A DNA stretch of 64,000 bases, taken from positions 1-64,000 of the forward strand of contig CAVPXM010000060.1 in the NCBI GenBank assembly GCA_963709405.1, read 5' to 3'. This DNA comes from an uncultured Nitrososphaerales archaeon. Lineage in GTDB: Archaea; Thermoproteota; Nitrososphaeria; Nitrososphaerales; Nitrososphaeraceae. A program made the position numbers and the translations under genes. The notes below the pieces were generated by a model that was not told the DNA's origin, did no database searches, and saw only the letters and a program-made list of their open reading frames with translations. Below, piece by piece: positions 11,075-22,360 of the stretch. Every line of letters begins with the position of its first letter. Position 1 is the stretch's first letter.

Positions 11075-11539
11075 CTATACATCCTTCATAATCTTCTCGT
11101 TCTCTTGAGACAGCGAGCCGGGTGTTGGCCCTTGCTCAGTATTCTTGTATTTAAGTTGGGGCGATTTTAAATAGCTGTCTACCCATTCCTGAGTAAGAAC
11201 TCCGGATTGTACGAGATTAACTAGAGCATTAGCCGATGCTTCACCATGTACTTTTCCAGATCTTTTCCTCGTTTGCCTCCACTTTAATTGAGTATTACCA
11301 CTCTTTGATGAATAAATGATACCCAGAATCTCTTTAGCATTTACAAAGGTCATTTCACGAATCTTTTTTAATGTCACTTTATCCGCTGCTTCTATATATA
11401 TAGCCCCAGGACCCTCTTCACGCTCGGGAAATACCTCATAATCTCTCAGATAGATTTCAGGAATAAATGACCTACATGTACTAAAGATAATAAATTGTCG
11501 AAAACTTTCAAGTGAAGCAGTTGTTTCAATATGAACCAA
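11075..11539 (-). CDS. hypothetical protein
   Basis: 154-aa ORF with TATA upstream, co-oriented with pelota. Confidence 0.7.
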   Translation of the reverse strand: MVHIETTASLESFRQFIIFSTCRSFIPEIYLRDYEVFPEREEGPGAIYIEAADKVTLKKIREMTFVNAKEILGIIYSSKSGNTQLKWRQTRKRSGKVHGEASANALVNLVQSGVLTQEWVDSYLKSPQLKYKNTEQGPTPGSLSQENEKIMKDV

Positions 11540-11972
11540 TTTGCGATATATAAAAAGATTTAGCCACTTATCAAGTTTATGACTTTGCGGCTTCCAATTG
11601 GCATAATTTTATTTATAAACATGGACAAACTCCAAACTCAAGATCTACATCACACACGACTCAGTAGGGCTGGTTTCGTCATTGTTTGTCTAATCATAGC
11701 AATTTGATGGTTGCATAAAAGTGATCGTACTATTTAAGAGATATATTTAGTTCGACGTCGCAATTATTACAGTAGCAGATTTGATGAGACCGACTGTATT
11801 AGAAAGACCTATCTAGTCACATTGTGTCGAGATTTGCTTTTACCCAGTTTTGGTACCGAATATCTGTCAGCAATGAACATGTAATTAATAATTTAGTAGG
11901 AGGAGTGGATGGGGGAATTACTTCTTATGATATTTTTGGTCGCATTAGATGGATAGTTAGATAGTACGTTTC

Positions 11973-13703
11973 TTAGGCTCCAGCCATCCCGTTACGCAAC
12001 TCGATACCTTTATGATCATCGCCGGCCAGATCGGCTTGAGCAGACTCAGCGGCTGCTTTGTGCATTTCGGACATGGCACACCCCATTTCTGCTTCTGGCT
12101 TGCCCCGTCGCATTAGACCTCTGTATAATCCTGCCTCTAGCGTATGGCCTTGTGCCTTTTCCCATTCTTCTACAGGGATACTATATTTTTTCTGAATTCT
12201 ATCTCGATACCATTCTGGTATGACATTGAAAGCACAAAATGGGATTATCCTAAGATCAGGAGTGAGGTAATGAATGTCACATCTTTGTAATCTTTCGAGG
12301 TCTTCGTTATATTTGTCTTGGAAGTGCATCATTCCTAAAAATAGTGATCTACCATGCCATGATCCTACAGAGTCAAAGTTCTGCTTTAAGAGAATACTAG
12401 AGAACATCTTGGCAAGGTCTAAACCATGAGGCTGTTTACTCTTGTCAACAAACTGATTCGTCTTACGCATTACCTCCAGCATAGCCAAATATCGATTGGA
12501 ACCTGATTTTATTTCATCACTTTTTTCTTCGAAGTATTCTAGCAGTCCCTTAATATCAACAAAAGTAGTTAGCGGAATTAATTTCTTTGTCTCTGAATCT
12601 TCGAAAACATATGTACCTGCACCGCAGGCGAAATGAATTGAGAGTTCATATTTTGGTTTTTTCGAAAATGCTTCTATTACATCAGTCATTGGCATGCACG
12701 ACGGAACTGGAAACCACGCGTCTGTCGTAATTTGGCCATTAGTCTGCTCTTCGATTCTTTCAATACAATCAGGAATCGTGATTCTGTACTTTTCGCGTTC
12801 CTTCTTTGTCATTCTCCCAGTCAATGAAACTGGTTGGAAATTTACTGCGTGAACTACATCCATGTTCTTTTGTGCATATCCAATTATTCCACCTAATTCA
12901 TGATCATTAATCGATTTAATTACCGTTGGCACAAATACTACAGTCATTCCACACTTTCTTGCTGACTCCAAAGTAGATGGAACTTCCCAATGGTTCTTTG
13001 GATTAGTTCTAGGAGTGACCCCATCAAAGGAAAGGTAAAGGTTACTAACTCCAGCCGTTCTTATCTGTCGCATGGTTTCAGGAGAGAGAGCCAATTTTAT
13101 ACCATTGGTATTAAGCTGAATATGATCAACACCTTCTTCCTTCATTATACGAATCAGATCAGTAATGTCATCTCTTAGCATCGGTTCACCTCCAGTTATC
13201 TGGATTGAGTTTCCGGCGATTGGTTTTTCAGCTTTCAAGGTCTTCATCATTGCTCTTACCTGTTCGTGCGATGGTTCATACAAATATGCACCTTCAAGAC
13301 CCTTCTTCACATAAAAGAAACAATACCAACATGTCAAATCGCATCTATTGGTCACAATCATATTTGCCAAACCCGAATGTGAAAGATGGTTTGTACAAAG
13401 TCCACAATTTGTTGGGCACGCACATTTATCGATCATAACATTTGGGGCATGAGCTCCCTTTCCATCCTTCCAGTATGTGCTGAATTTTTTATACATATCA
13501 TAGGATCCAAAATACAATTCTTCACATTCACCGTGGGTGGGACAATTCTTGGTCATGTAAACTCGTCCTCCTCGTTCGAAAACTTCTGCATCCAATATCA
13601 TATTACAATCTGGACATATACTTTGCGTGTATCTAATTGAACGTTTAGATAGATCAGTAGTTCTAGTTGATAGATTCGAAATTTGTATTAAATCCATTGT
13701 CAA
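11973..13703 (-). CDS. tes: tetraether lipid synthase Tes (GDGT macrocyclase, radical SAM)
   Basis: N-terminal CPDC..CPTHG, CP.NCGLC..H, CDLTCWYC (CxxxCxxC), HFACG, RCDIHY..IPFCAFN, typical of the MJ0619/Tes family. Confidence 0.88.
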   Translation of the reverse strand: MTMDLIQISNLSTRTTDLSKRSIRYTQSICPDCNMILDAEVFERGGRVYMTKNCPTHGECEELYFGSYDMYKKFSTYWKDGKGAHAPNVMIDKCACPTNCGLCTNHLSHSGLANMIVTNRCDLTCWYCFFYVKKGLEGAYLYEPSHEQVRAMMKTLKAEKPIAGNSIQITGGEPMLRDDITDLIRIMKEEGVDHIQLNTNGIKLALSPETMRQIRTAGVSNLYLSFDGVTPRTNPKNHWEVPSTLESARKCGMTVVFVPTVIKSINDHELGGIIGYAQKNMDVVHAVNFQPVSLTGRMTKKEREKYRITIPDCIERIEEQTNGQITTDAWFPVPSCMPMTDVIEAFSKKPKYELSIHFACGAGTYVFEDSETKKLIPLTTFVDIKGLLEYFEEKSDEIKSGSNRYLAMLEVMRKTNQFVDKSKQPHGLDLAKMFSSILLKQNFDSVGSWHGRSLFLGMMHFQDKYNEDLERLQRCDIHYLTPDLRIIPFCAFNVIPEWYRDRIQKKYSIPVEEWEKAQGHTLEAGLYRGLMRRGKPEAEMGCAMSEMHKAAAESAQADLAGDDHKGIELRNGMAGA

Positions 13704-13870
13704 TTACCTACAATACCTTTTACGAATTAGCCCATTTTATCTATATAAATATAATCTACCTACTCATACGGTGAATGGGTAGTTAAGCAAAATGTCCAAA
13801 AACATATATAAAAATGTTCTAGAAGTGACGTTTATCTGTCTTAAAGGTAAATATATTACAAAATTGAATT

Positions 13871-14698
13871 GTGTTTCGACGCGCAGGTATGAGTATCAGT
13901 GACAAATCGAAAAAAGCAATGGAAAGCCTTGGCCTGACAGGCTATGAAATCCGGGTGTATATGGCATTACTAGAGTATGGGCAAATGACTGCAGCTGCAA
14001 TCAGCAAGACTTCCAGTGTACCATATTCAAAGATTTATGAGGTATTAAACAGTTTAGAGGATAATGGCTGGCTCGAGTCAGATAGCTCTAGACCACAAAA
14101 GTTCTTCCCAAAATCTCCTTCAACAGCGCTTGATGCAATGAAAATGCGGATGGAGAACGTTATACGCGATAATCAAAATCTGATAGAAAGTGAGCTAATG
14201 CCAATATATGAAAAGAGTGGTATGAAAGAGAAGCCTGAAATTTGGGTTGTACGTGGAATTTATAATATTGCCGCTAAAGTAAACGAAATTATTCAGTCCT
14301 CCGAGCAAGAGTTGCTCATAGCACTGCCTCAGGTAGCCGAGGATATCGCTAAGCTTACTCAGCCGTTGCTGAGAACGATACATGAAAAAGGTGTTCGAAT
14401 TACTGTGCTCGCCTCTGAAGAAACAAATCAAGAAACGGTACGAATGATATCTAGAATTGCTAGTGTACGGCTTAAGAACAATATGTTTGGAGGAGGGGTA
14501 ATAGGCGATAGTAGACAGGTAATGATATTATTGGCGGAGGGCAGAAATGATAACAACGCCTTCGAACCGATAGCTATCTGGGCTGACCACCCAGGACTAG
14601 CTCGTTTTGCAAAGGACTATTTCCACTATCTTTGGACCGATGCAGGTGGAGAGGATAAACAAAAAATCAATAATCATAATAATTCTCAAAATTCTTAA
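13871..14698 (+). CDS. TrmB-family transcriptional regulator
   Basis: LGLTGYEIRVY..VPYSKIYEVLNSLE..GW HTH plus C-terminal effector domain; likely start MSISDK at 13889. Confidence 0.9.
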   Translation: MFRRAGMSISDKSKKAMESLGLTGYEIRVYMALLEYGQMTAAAISKTSSVPYSKIYEVLNSLEDNGWLESDSSRPQKFFPKSPSTALDAMKMRMENVIRDNQNLIESELMPIYEKSGMKEKPEIWVVRGIYNIAAKVNEIIQSSEQELLIALPQVAEDIAKLTQPLLRTIHEKGVRITVLASEETNQETVRMISRIASVRLKNNMFGGGVIGDSRQVMILLAEGRNDNNAFEPIAIWADHPGLARFAKDYFHYLWTDAGGEDKQKINNHNNSQNS

Positions 14699-14776
14699 TG
14701 ATCGAGTTTTTATTCTATCGCCTGCTGGGCCAGTTTGTCGATAAGGTTTAATTTAAAGTAATAGATTTCGGTAATT

Positions 14777-15688
14777 ATGTCTAGCAGTATGAAGTATATA
14801 CAACTCGAACCTTTAGGGGAGATTGCAATCATTAGGATCAACAGGCCAGAAGCTCTAAATGCCATGAACATCGACGTTATTGCAGAGCTATCCCGGGCCA
14901 TCGAAATAGTTGGCGTTGACGATGGCATAAAGGTTGTAATCATCACCGGTGCAGGTGAAAAGGCGTTCTGCGCAGGCGCAGATATCGCGTACATGGTTGA
15001 TATCGACCCGATAAAAGCCGAAAGGTATGCAAGTTCTGCCCAAGGAGTTCTCAATAAAATAGAACGAATGGAAAAGCCAGTCATTGCGGCTATAAATGGA
15101 TATGCATTAGGTGGCGGATGTGAGCTTGCTCTGGTATGTGATATAAGAATAGCCGTATCTACTGCAAGAATCGGTCAGCCTGAAGTCACAATAGGAATTC
15201 CACCAGGATGGGGCGGGACCCAAAGGCTTGTTAGGATCGTGGGCCCAGCAAAAGCCAAGGAATTGGTTTTTACAGGCAAAATGATCAGTGCAGAAGAGGC
15301 GTTTCAGATTGGCCTCGTCAATACTGTGGTGAGCTTAGATGATGCCAGTGCGAAGTCAACTATTCAAGTCGGATCTTCTCACGACCAAACAACTGTATCA
15401 ACCCCTAAGAATGAGGTCGAAAAAGGGAGCCCCTCAAATAAGGGAGCTAGTTCTGAAAGTGCTAAAATCCTCAATAAAAAGCTAATTGACGAATGCATCC
15501 GGTTTGCAACGGAGATCACAAAGAATAGCACCAACGCAGTTAAAACGAGCAAGATGTTAATTAATAAAGCAATGGATGTGGATATCGATGCTGGACTTCG
15601 CTTGGAAATTTATGGATGGGCTCTATGTTTTGCTCACGGTGACAGACAGAGAATGATGTCCGATTTCCTTAATAAAGGAAAAAAATAG
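14777..15688 (+). CDS. enoyl-CoA hydratase (3-hydroxypropionyl-CoA dehydratase/crotonyl-CoA hydratase of the HP/HB cycle)
   Basis: NRPEALNA, AFCAGADI, GYALGGGCE, GQPEVTIGIPPGWGGTQRL. Confidence 0.88.
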   Translation: MSSSMKYIQLEPLGEIAIIRINRPEALNAMNIDVIAELSRAIEIVGVDDGIKVVIITGAGEKAFCAGADIAYMVDIDPIKAERYASSAQGVLNKIERMEKPVIAAINGYALGGGCELALVCDIRIAVSTARIGQPEVTIGIPPGWGGTQRLVRIVGPAKAKELVFTGKMISAEEAFQIGLVNTVVSLDDASAKSTIQVGSSHDQTTVSTPKNEVEKGSPSNKGASSESAKILNKKLIDECIRFATEITKNSTNAVKTSKMLINKAMDVDIDAGLRLEIYGWALCFAHGDRQRMMSDFLNKGKK

Positions 15689-15813
15689 CATTAATAATGG
15701 ATGAACCTTAACGAACGACGTTCGTATAACATATTTCTTTGAAGGCCGAGATAATAACAGAACCCTGAATAATGGTCGGTATGAAAGGTAATTTTGGTTT
15801 GTGATTGTGATTG

Positions 15814-16845
15814 CTACCCTTGCATGTTTATTATTCTAGCACCACCACTGGGTCGACAGACAAGGGCTTTGGTATTTTCTATACCAGACTCGATGAATCC
15901 CTGAGCCATCGATTTAGCTACATGACTTGCAATCTCTTTATCATCAAGCACAGAGATCATGGATGGACCTGCACCGCTAATTGTTACAGCTAGTGCTCCT
16001 TCCTTGAATGCTTTTCGCTTTACCACATCATACCCCGGGATTAGGTGTTTTCTTGATGGCTCGACAATTAGATCGTTTATACCTTTTGCGATCATTTTCG
16101 TATCTTTCAATGCAAACCCTGCCACAACGGTACTTGCATTAGAAATATTTTGAACAACATCGTCCAAAAGAGCTGTTTTTGGCAAGACTGCCCTAGCTAT
16201 AGCGGTCTTCTTCAAAGGAACATTTATCAGGGGAACGGCTACTGCCAAATAAAGATCTTCAGGAGCATCAAGTCTGATAAATTCAATCTCTGGAGTAGAA
16301 CGGACTATAACAAAACCTCCAAGCATGGAACTAGAAACATTATCATAATGTTTTGCACCGGCGCTGGCTATCTCACCCTCCGCGGCATATTTAATAAGAC
16401 TAGTTTTAGATAGTCCTAAATTGAATAGACTATCGAATGCCATCGCCGCTGCCGGCTGCTGAGGCAGCACTACTACCCATACCGTAGCCGGTGGGTATTT
16501 CCTTTGAAATATTAACGTCTAGCTCCCAGTTTGCTTTACCGCCGAGATTGAAATCATAACTCATCCTTCTTACGACAAGCCCAGCAGTGTTCTCGGTCAT
16601 ATCTGTAGATATCGTTTCAGTACCTTCTCCGGACACGCAAAGATTGATATGAGGATCAGAACTTTGCATCCTCTTTCCCTTTGTAATGGTGACCGTATCT
16701 TTGAATGCATCGAGAGCAAGTCCGAAAACGTCAAAGCCAGGACCGAGATTAGCAGTTGAAGAATATGCCACAGCGCTACAAGATGTGTATGCAGTTCGCT
16801 GCTCACTTGAAGCGAGCGGGATTATTAGAAGCCTTGTTGAGCATT
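15814..16845 (-). CDS. thrB: homoserine kinase (frameshift ~16465)
   Basis: STANLGPGFDVFGLA, PTGYGMGSSAAS, HYDNV, ISGAGPS; exact start uncertain (16771-16845). Confidence 0.9.
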
Positions 16846-16852
16846 CACTCTA

Positions 16853-17611
16853 TCAGTCCCTTACTTCTTCTCCTTGATTAAGTATTCTTGCTAGGGCCGC
16901 CAAGAGGTTAACCATTCCACTCATGGTGAGATTAGAAACTGCGAAAAGACCCTCAGTGAACCCGCCCAAGTTATAACTTCTTGCTATTTCTTTACATAAA
17001 AGAGAGTACTCACTATTCTTCTCATTATCAAGACTCTTTTCTAAGGAAATATTCGAGGTCGACCATTCGAGTATCTGCTGCAGTTTATCGATAACTAGAT
17101 CTCGTTTTGTCAAAGTATTTATTTGTGCTATCTTTAGACGCAACTTTACGGCCGAGGATAATAACGAAATTGAAATAAAATTAACAGGCGATGAAACGAG
17201 CATTCCATCAAAAATAAAAAGTGATGCCTTATTGTCTGCTTGAAAATTTGTTACAAAATAAGGTCCACTCGCTCTGAATGCAAATAGTTCAATCTGTCCT
17301 GGTGTATCTATTATGACGTAATCTGGATTGAGCTCATTGACCTCAGTCTGGATTTCATCTAATCTTGTGGCTATCAAATCACTTGCCATGACTAAGGAGC
17401 CGTTGGGTCCGAGATCATATTTTTCCATTAGAGGAGCAACCTCCACGTAGTCTCTTACATCCACATCCGGCTCGTAAGGCAATTTATAAGCTCCAGGATC
17501 CAAATTTAGGCTCACTGGATATGCTTTGTTATCTTTATACCATTGAATCAACCTAGATGTTAAAGCAGACTTACCCGAGCCTGCTGTACCTGTTATAAAT
17601 ATAGCATCCAT
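16853..17611 (-). CDS. GPN-loop GTPase
   Basis: GTAGSGKS, NLDPG, LGPNG, DTPGQIELF. Confidence 0.93.
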   Translation of the reverse strand: MDAIFITGTAGSGKSALTSRLIQWYKDNKAYPVSLNLDPGAYKLPYEPDVDVRDYVEVAPLMEKYDLGPNGSLVMASDLIATRLDEIQTEVNELNPDYVIIDTPGQIELFAFRASGPYFVTNFQADNKASLFIFDGMLVSSPVNFISISLLSSAVKLRLKIAQINTLTKRDLVIDKLQQILEWSTSNISLEKSLDNEKNSEYSLLCKEIARSYNLGGFTEGLFAVSNLTMSGMVNLLAALARILNQGEEVRD

Positions 17612-17696
17612 GGTTTATTTCCAACAAAGGGATTTATGTAAAACTCCTTTCTATTGATTATTATATGACTGTCTTGTAGACCATGATGGAAGATTA

Positions 17697-18900
17697 TTGA
17701 ACTGGCGGTTGATCGCAATCCCGGCTAGTGTTGTACCTTTCCTATTTATGATTTTTTTTATTCATATTTCTCCAGCGGATATCTTCAAGGTTGGCCTAGT
17801 TCCATTTGTTTTTTCTGCGATGGCCGTTATGACCAAATACCTTTTGCAGGCAGTCCGATTCAAATATTTCATTAAAAAATTCATAGGCCATAATGTGAGC
17901 TCCACAGGGGAAACCATTTGTGCAAGCTTGGGCGCACAATTTGTTACCCAAACAACACCGTCCTATGTAGGAGGAGAATTGGTAAGGATCGCTTGGCTAA
18001 ATAGGAAGGGTGTACTAGCTGGGAAAGCGAGCTTGGATCACGACTATGGAAATTATATCTGACGTGTTTGTTGGTACATTCCTTGCGTTTATTGCTGGTG
18101 CAGTATCAATCTTACACGGGGGTTATTTCATTGGAGTTATTGTTATTTTGATTGCGATCCCAACATTTGTTTTTTGGTTTTTATTGATCTTCTTTTCTGC
18201 CCGCCGTGTCCTTAGACTGCCCACTTTTTCTTTACGGGTAGTTCAAAGATTTGTCCCTAAAGAAAAGGCCCAACGATCAATTAATTCCATTAACACTGCT
18301 ATTGCAGACTTGTGTCAAATGAGTAGACAAAACTTTAATTCAAAGGCAGCTGGCAAGACCTTTGCTGTAGGGATTGCGATTACGTTTGTAGCGTTCATAT
18401 TCCAAGGCATATCATTTATGGTACTAATAGACACAGTCGGACCGTATCTAGGGCTATTCGACTCCCTTATGGCTACCTCTGCATCCACAGCATTATCAAA
18501 CTTGCCTATTACTATAGGTGGCTCTGGGCTAGCAGAACTGGGAATGTGGGCGTATATTTCGAATTTGAACAATCTTCCATCATTTCATGATATAACAATG
18601 AACTCTCATCTAAACGTGATAATAGCATGGAGGATTGCATCATATCACGTTCCATTACTTTTCACTTGGATCGCGCTTATGAGGCTAGCTATAGGCAAAG
18701 TCACAGTTACCAGTACGAACGTGTCCCAGTTCTCAAACAAGGCAATAATTCCGGATTCATTGTCTTTAGGTGACAAGCGACCCAACATGTATAATGCCAA
18801 CGAAATCAATCACGACAAGGATAACAGTTTGGATAAATCTCCTTTGGAAAGGAATGGCTGGAAGGATGAGAAAGACAAGAAGGGCATCGTAGACAGGTAG
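17697..18900 (+). CDS. UPF0104 / lysylphosphatidylglycerol-synthase TM-domain (flippase-like) protein, frameshift ~18030
   Basis: TPSYVGGE, LPITIGGSGLAE, WRIASY motifs; multiple TM helices. Confidence 0.85.
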
Positions 18901-18985
18901 GTAGAGCATCAGATATTCCAGTAAACTGAGAATTGCCACCTAGTCTATTCTATTTGATAATTTACTTGTAGAATGATGTCTAAAT

Positions 18986-19420
18986 TCAATCTGTCTCGTT
19001 ATCCAAACTCTCAGGAGTATCAGATTCAACGTCCATTAGCTGTAGTGCCTGCAACTCAAACCTGTATATTATGCTCATCTCAAGATCGAACTTTGATTTC
19101 AAAAATTCTGTGACTCTTTCACTGAGCGGTCCCTTGAACATCTTTATCTTGAACTCATATACATAACCTTTCATGAACTCTTCTATCTTCATCGACCTAG
19201 GAACGTCCAAACCCTCGATAATGTTTCTACCATCTGGAAGAGATTCATAGAGTTGTACGTCTATTTTGTAGTCTTTTTCATAAATATCGAGTATATAACC
19301 TGTCCTTGTCAAGTCCTCGGGTTGATCAAATTGAACGGATTTGATCTCTTCCTCAGCCCATTTAGGTATAGATTCGTCCTGGTCTTTAGCTCTGTTAGAC
19401 GCACTCTTAGTCTTCCCCAT
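18986..19420 (-). CDS. hypothetical protein
   Basis: 144-aa ATG ORF with TTTAAA upstream. Confidence 0.7.
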   Translation of the reverse strand: MGKTKSASNRAKDQDESIPKWAEEEIKSVQFDQPEDLTRTGYILDIYEKDYKIDVQLYESLPDGRNIIEGLDVPRSMKIEEFMKGYVYEFKIKMFKGPLSERVTEFLKSKFDLEMSIIYRFELQALQLMDVESDTPESLDNETD

Positions 19421-19688
19421 CTCAATTCTTGTACCGATCCGTACTAGGTAAAAAGTCTTTAAAAATCCGTGCGTCCCGCTAATTCATAACAAAAAGGATT
19501 GATAATCGCATTGTGTTCAGGCATTGACGCTATTATTACATTCCAGAGGATAATACCGACCTACACGAAGAGAATATCGCCAACTAGTTCATAGAAAACC
19601 CGTTAGCAATATGGTATAATGCAAGCCAAAGCATTGACGCTAAAAATGTGAAACCATATTAACCAATAGATCACACAAAGCATTTGTT

Positions 19689-19805
19689 ATGGACAGTGCA
19701 TACAAGTGTGATAAGTGCAATAGTCAATTTCCCGATAAGGAAACCGCTACAGAACACAGAAATGCAACGGGGCATCCGTTGAGTACGGTGACACTAGAAA
19801 AGTGA
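19689..19805 (+). CDS. 38-aa C2H2 zinc-finger microprotein
   Basis: Manual translation MDSAYKCDKCNSQFPDKETATEHRNATGHPLSTVTLEK = Y-x-C-x2-C-x3-F-x8-H-x5-H. Confidence 0.7.
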   Translation: MDSAYKCDKCNSQFPDKETATEHRNATGHPLSTVTLEK

Positions 19806-20168
19806 TAACTCCTATCGTGATAGTTAATCCCGATATCCAAATCGAATAGTCGGAGATTGTAAAAAGAAAAAATAAGGAACCTCACGAATATTTAGCAAAT
19901 CAGTATCTATATTCGACATTACAAAGAACCCTGGTGAATAGAAATAAGTCTGAGGACTGATCTGCGTAAGGTGCTAAAATGATTACCATGAAATCCCTTT
20001 ACGCACAGTAGAACGAGATATATTATAGCGTGACATTTTTGGGTAGGTATGTATGGACTTTATTAATTTGATCCGGGCACCCAAAACCTGTATGAGTTAT
20101 TATGATTGACTGAGAACTAAATCCTCGACTAACTAATCCTTTTATCCTCGAAATCCCAACTTATTTGA

Positions 20169-20630
20169 GTGTCAGATGCAAGTCAGCTACTAGTACGAAG
20201 GATTAAAGATGGAACGGTAATTGATCATATTGAAGCCGGGAAGGCACTAGTCGTGTTGCGTGTCATCGACATAACTGGTAGAGACGGAAATGTCATCACG
20301 GTGGCATTAAATGTGCCAAGTAACAAGCACATCAAGAAAGACATCGTCAAAGTTGAAAATAGATTCTTGATGAAATATGAAACCGATAAGCTTGCGCTAA
20401 TCGCTCCTCGAGCTACAATTAATATTATAAGAGACTACAAACTCGTTGAAAAACGCAAAATTCAACTGCCCGACTCTATCATAGGAATTTTCAGATGTCC
20501 TAATCTTAAGTGCATCAGTAATAGCGAGGAAGCCATCAGATCTACGTTAGACATTATAGACAAGCAAAAGATCATTCTTAAATGCAGGTATTGTGCGCGA
20601 ACTCTCACAATCAATGACCTGGTGTCATAA
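20169..20630 (+). CDS. pyrI: aspartate carbamoyltransferase regulatory subunit
   Basis: IKDGTVIDHI, KKDIVKVE, CPNLKCISN, CRYC. Confidence 0.95.
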   Translation: MSDASQLLVRRIKDGTVIDHIEAGKALVVLRVIDITGRDGNVITVALNVPSNKHIKKDIVKVENRFLMKYETDKLALIAPRATINIIRDYKLVEKRKIQLPDSIIGIFRCPNLKCISNSEEAIRSTLDIIDKQKIILKCRYCARTLTINDLVS

Positions 20631-20732
20631 TCGAAAAAGAATCACGGATTATGAGAGAAATATACGATGAGACTTTTGTTTCACAATATTCAATATCTTG
20701 ATCGCTATTTATAAGAACCATGAAATCCTATT

Positions 20733-21521
20733 ATGTTACGAATGGTTGGTCTGATAATCTGTTTTACAAGAAGTATCCGCGATATTTTGAGAACACTATT
20801 CGAAAATAGGAATAAGCTTTTAGTTTCGGGCTTGCTTAGTATTGTATTTTTGTTTGTTCTTCATTCTATTGTGACAACAGGAATCGTCCATGAATCTATA
20901 GTTCAGGATATCATACTTACCACAACTATTATTCTACTTTTCTTAGTTGGACTATCCGTTGTCTGGGCTGGAGCCCTACCGATGGGTATCTCCATATTGG
21001 GAGTTGTTCTGATTTTTACTGGAATTGCACTTCCATTTTATGGAATAGACATTCCCCGAGAGGGTAATTTTAAGGGAATAAAGATACTCGTAACACAGGA
21101 ATCGATTATAGAAGCTGCCGATGCTTACTTTTTTCTGGGAATTTCTATGTTGTTTTTGAGCATAATAATCGCATTTAAGCCGCGTCTGCTTTATACAAAA
21201 AATAGGCCCGAACCTATGGACTCGATATGGGATAATTACCAAATTTGGAATTATGACCCGAAAAGTGGAAACGAAAGCGTTCTTAGTTCTCAAAGTACGG
21301 ATTATGCGACTCAACTTACGGAACCAATAATACCAATAAAAACATTGATGAATGAGAAGGAAAAATATCTTCTCTGGAGATATGAATATGTTCTAGTAAT
21401 CATCTATGGTCATCCCTATCTAGTTGAGATACATAGTGAGGTTCCAGTGAGCTCACAGATTTTACGTGATAGTAATGGACGTATGATAGGGAAGTCAAAA
21501 TATCCAGGGTACTTTGTTTAA
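20733..21521 (+). CDS. hypothetical membrane protein (~4 TM plus soluble C-terminal domain)
   Basis: 262-aa ORF with hydrophobic segments. Confidence 0.7.
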   Translation: MLRMVGLIICFTRSIRDILRTLFENRNKLLVSGLLSIVFLFVLHSIVTTGIVHESIVQDIILTTTIILLFLVGLSVVWAGALPMGISILGVVLIFTGIALPFYGIDIPREGNFKGIKILVTQESIIEAADAYFFLGISMLFLSIIIAFKPRLLYTKNRPEPMDSIWDNYQIWNYDPKSGNESVLSSQSTDYATQLTEPIIPIKTLMNEKEKYLLWRYEYVLVIIYGHPYLVEIHSEVPVSSQILRDSNGRMIGKSKYPGYFV

Positions 21522-22360
21522 CAATTCCGTTGTTAGATAATGATAAGGATCGGAATAATTTGTCTTCGAGTCCATCGGCAATGCTAAGGCGGCTCACCTC
21601 ATCCCCAATCCTATGACATTTTAGGACAATCGTACTATAATCACCATTGATACGATGAACCTTGTCACCGTAATTTAGATACAGTAGATTGAATCGGGTT
21701 AAGCACGGATCACAATTATTAGAAAATTGAGTTCTATCCTTTACGATTTGATAATTCTCTTAACCATGCATTGTCAAAGGAGGGTTTTACTCTGCAGGGC
21801 AATTTTGGGGAGTACCCTTGCAGGTATCGCCTTAGACCCCCCAATAGATCGAATTCCACCATACTTCCAAGGTAACGACTTATAATACTACTGTCTGCTT
21901 AATTCAAAGTCTGGTTAAATAGGCTGCAGAAAGGTAAAGAATTAGATACAGTGTAATGGATGCTCTGGCAGCAACTAACTTCTGCATAGTATCACCCATG
22001 AGATACGCAAGTGCCTCATTCTTTGATGCTGGTTATCGAACGTGAGTCATTGTATCAAGTTCCATACCTGAACCTCCTTTAGATAACAGATAACAGATAA
22101 CATCTAATGTAGGTTGTAGCTTAATTGCGAAAATAGCGTCATTCAAGGACTATTTCGAACATCATAATGAACAATATGATGTTCGTATTACTCGTTTACT
22201 ATCCATACTAATTCGTAATTCAAAAACTGAATTCGAAATTACGCTACAAACTACGTCTAATGAACAGATATATTTTCGTCAATCACCTATTCCGACGTAT
22301 TTCTTATTGTTATCTATAATGACTTATCTATAATGACTTTTAGGATATGTATTTTGTTTA

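Noticed and set aside
16406-16419. TTAGATAGTCCTAA operator-like sequence; also TTAGGTATAACTAT at 52944
   Set aside because: The first is inside thrB coding sequence; the second has two mismatches and unclear promoter geometry.
20169-20630. pyrI without adjacent pyrB
   Set aside because: Separation of pyrB and pyrI is common in archaea; pyrB is probably elsewhere.
21793-21823. Hairpin CTGCAGGG..CCCTTGCAG in the 21.5-22.3 kb spacer
   Set aside because: Single imperfect stem with no recognisable RNA family features.
22081-22338. Short tandem repeats (AGATAAC x3; TTATCTATAATGAC x2)
   Set aside because: Too short and without spacers; not CRISPR, likely slippage.
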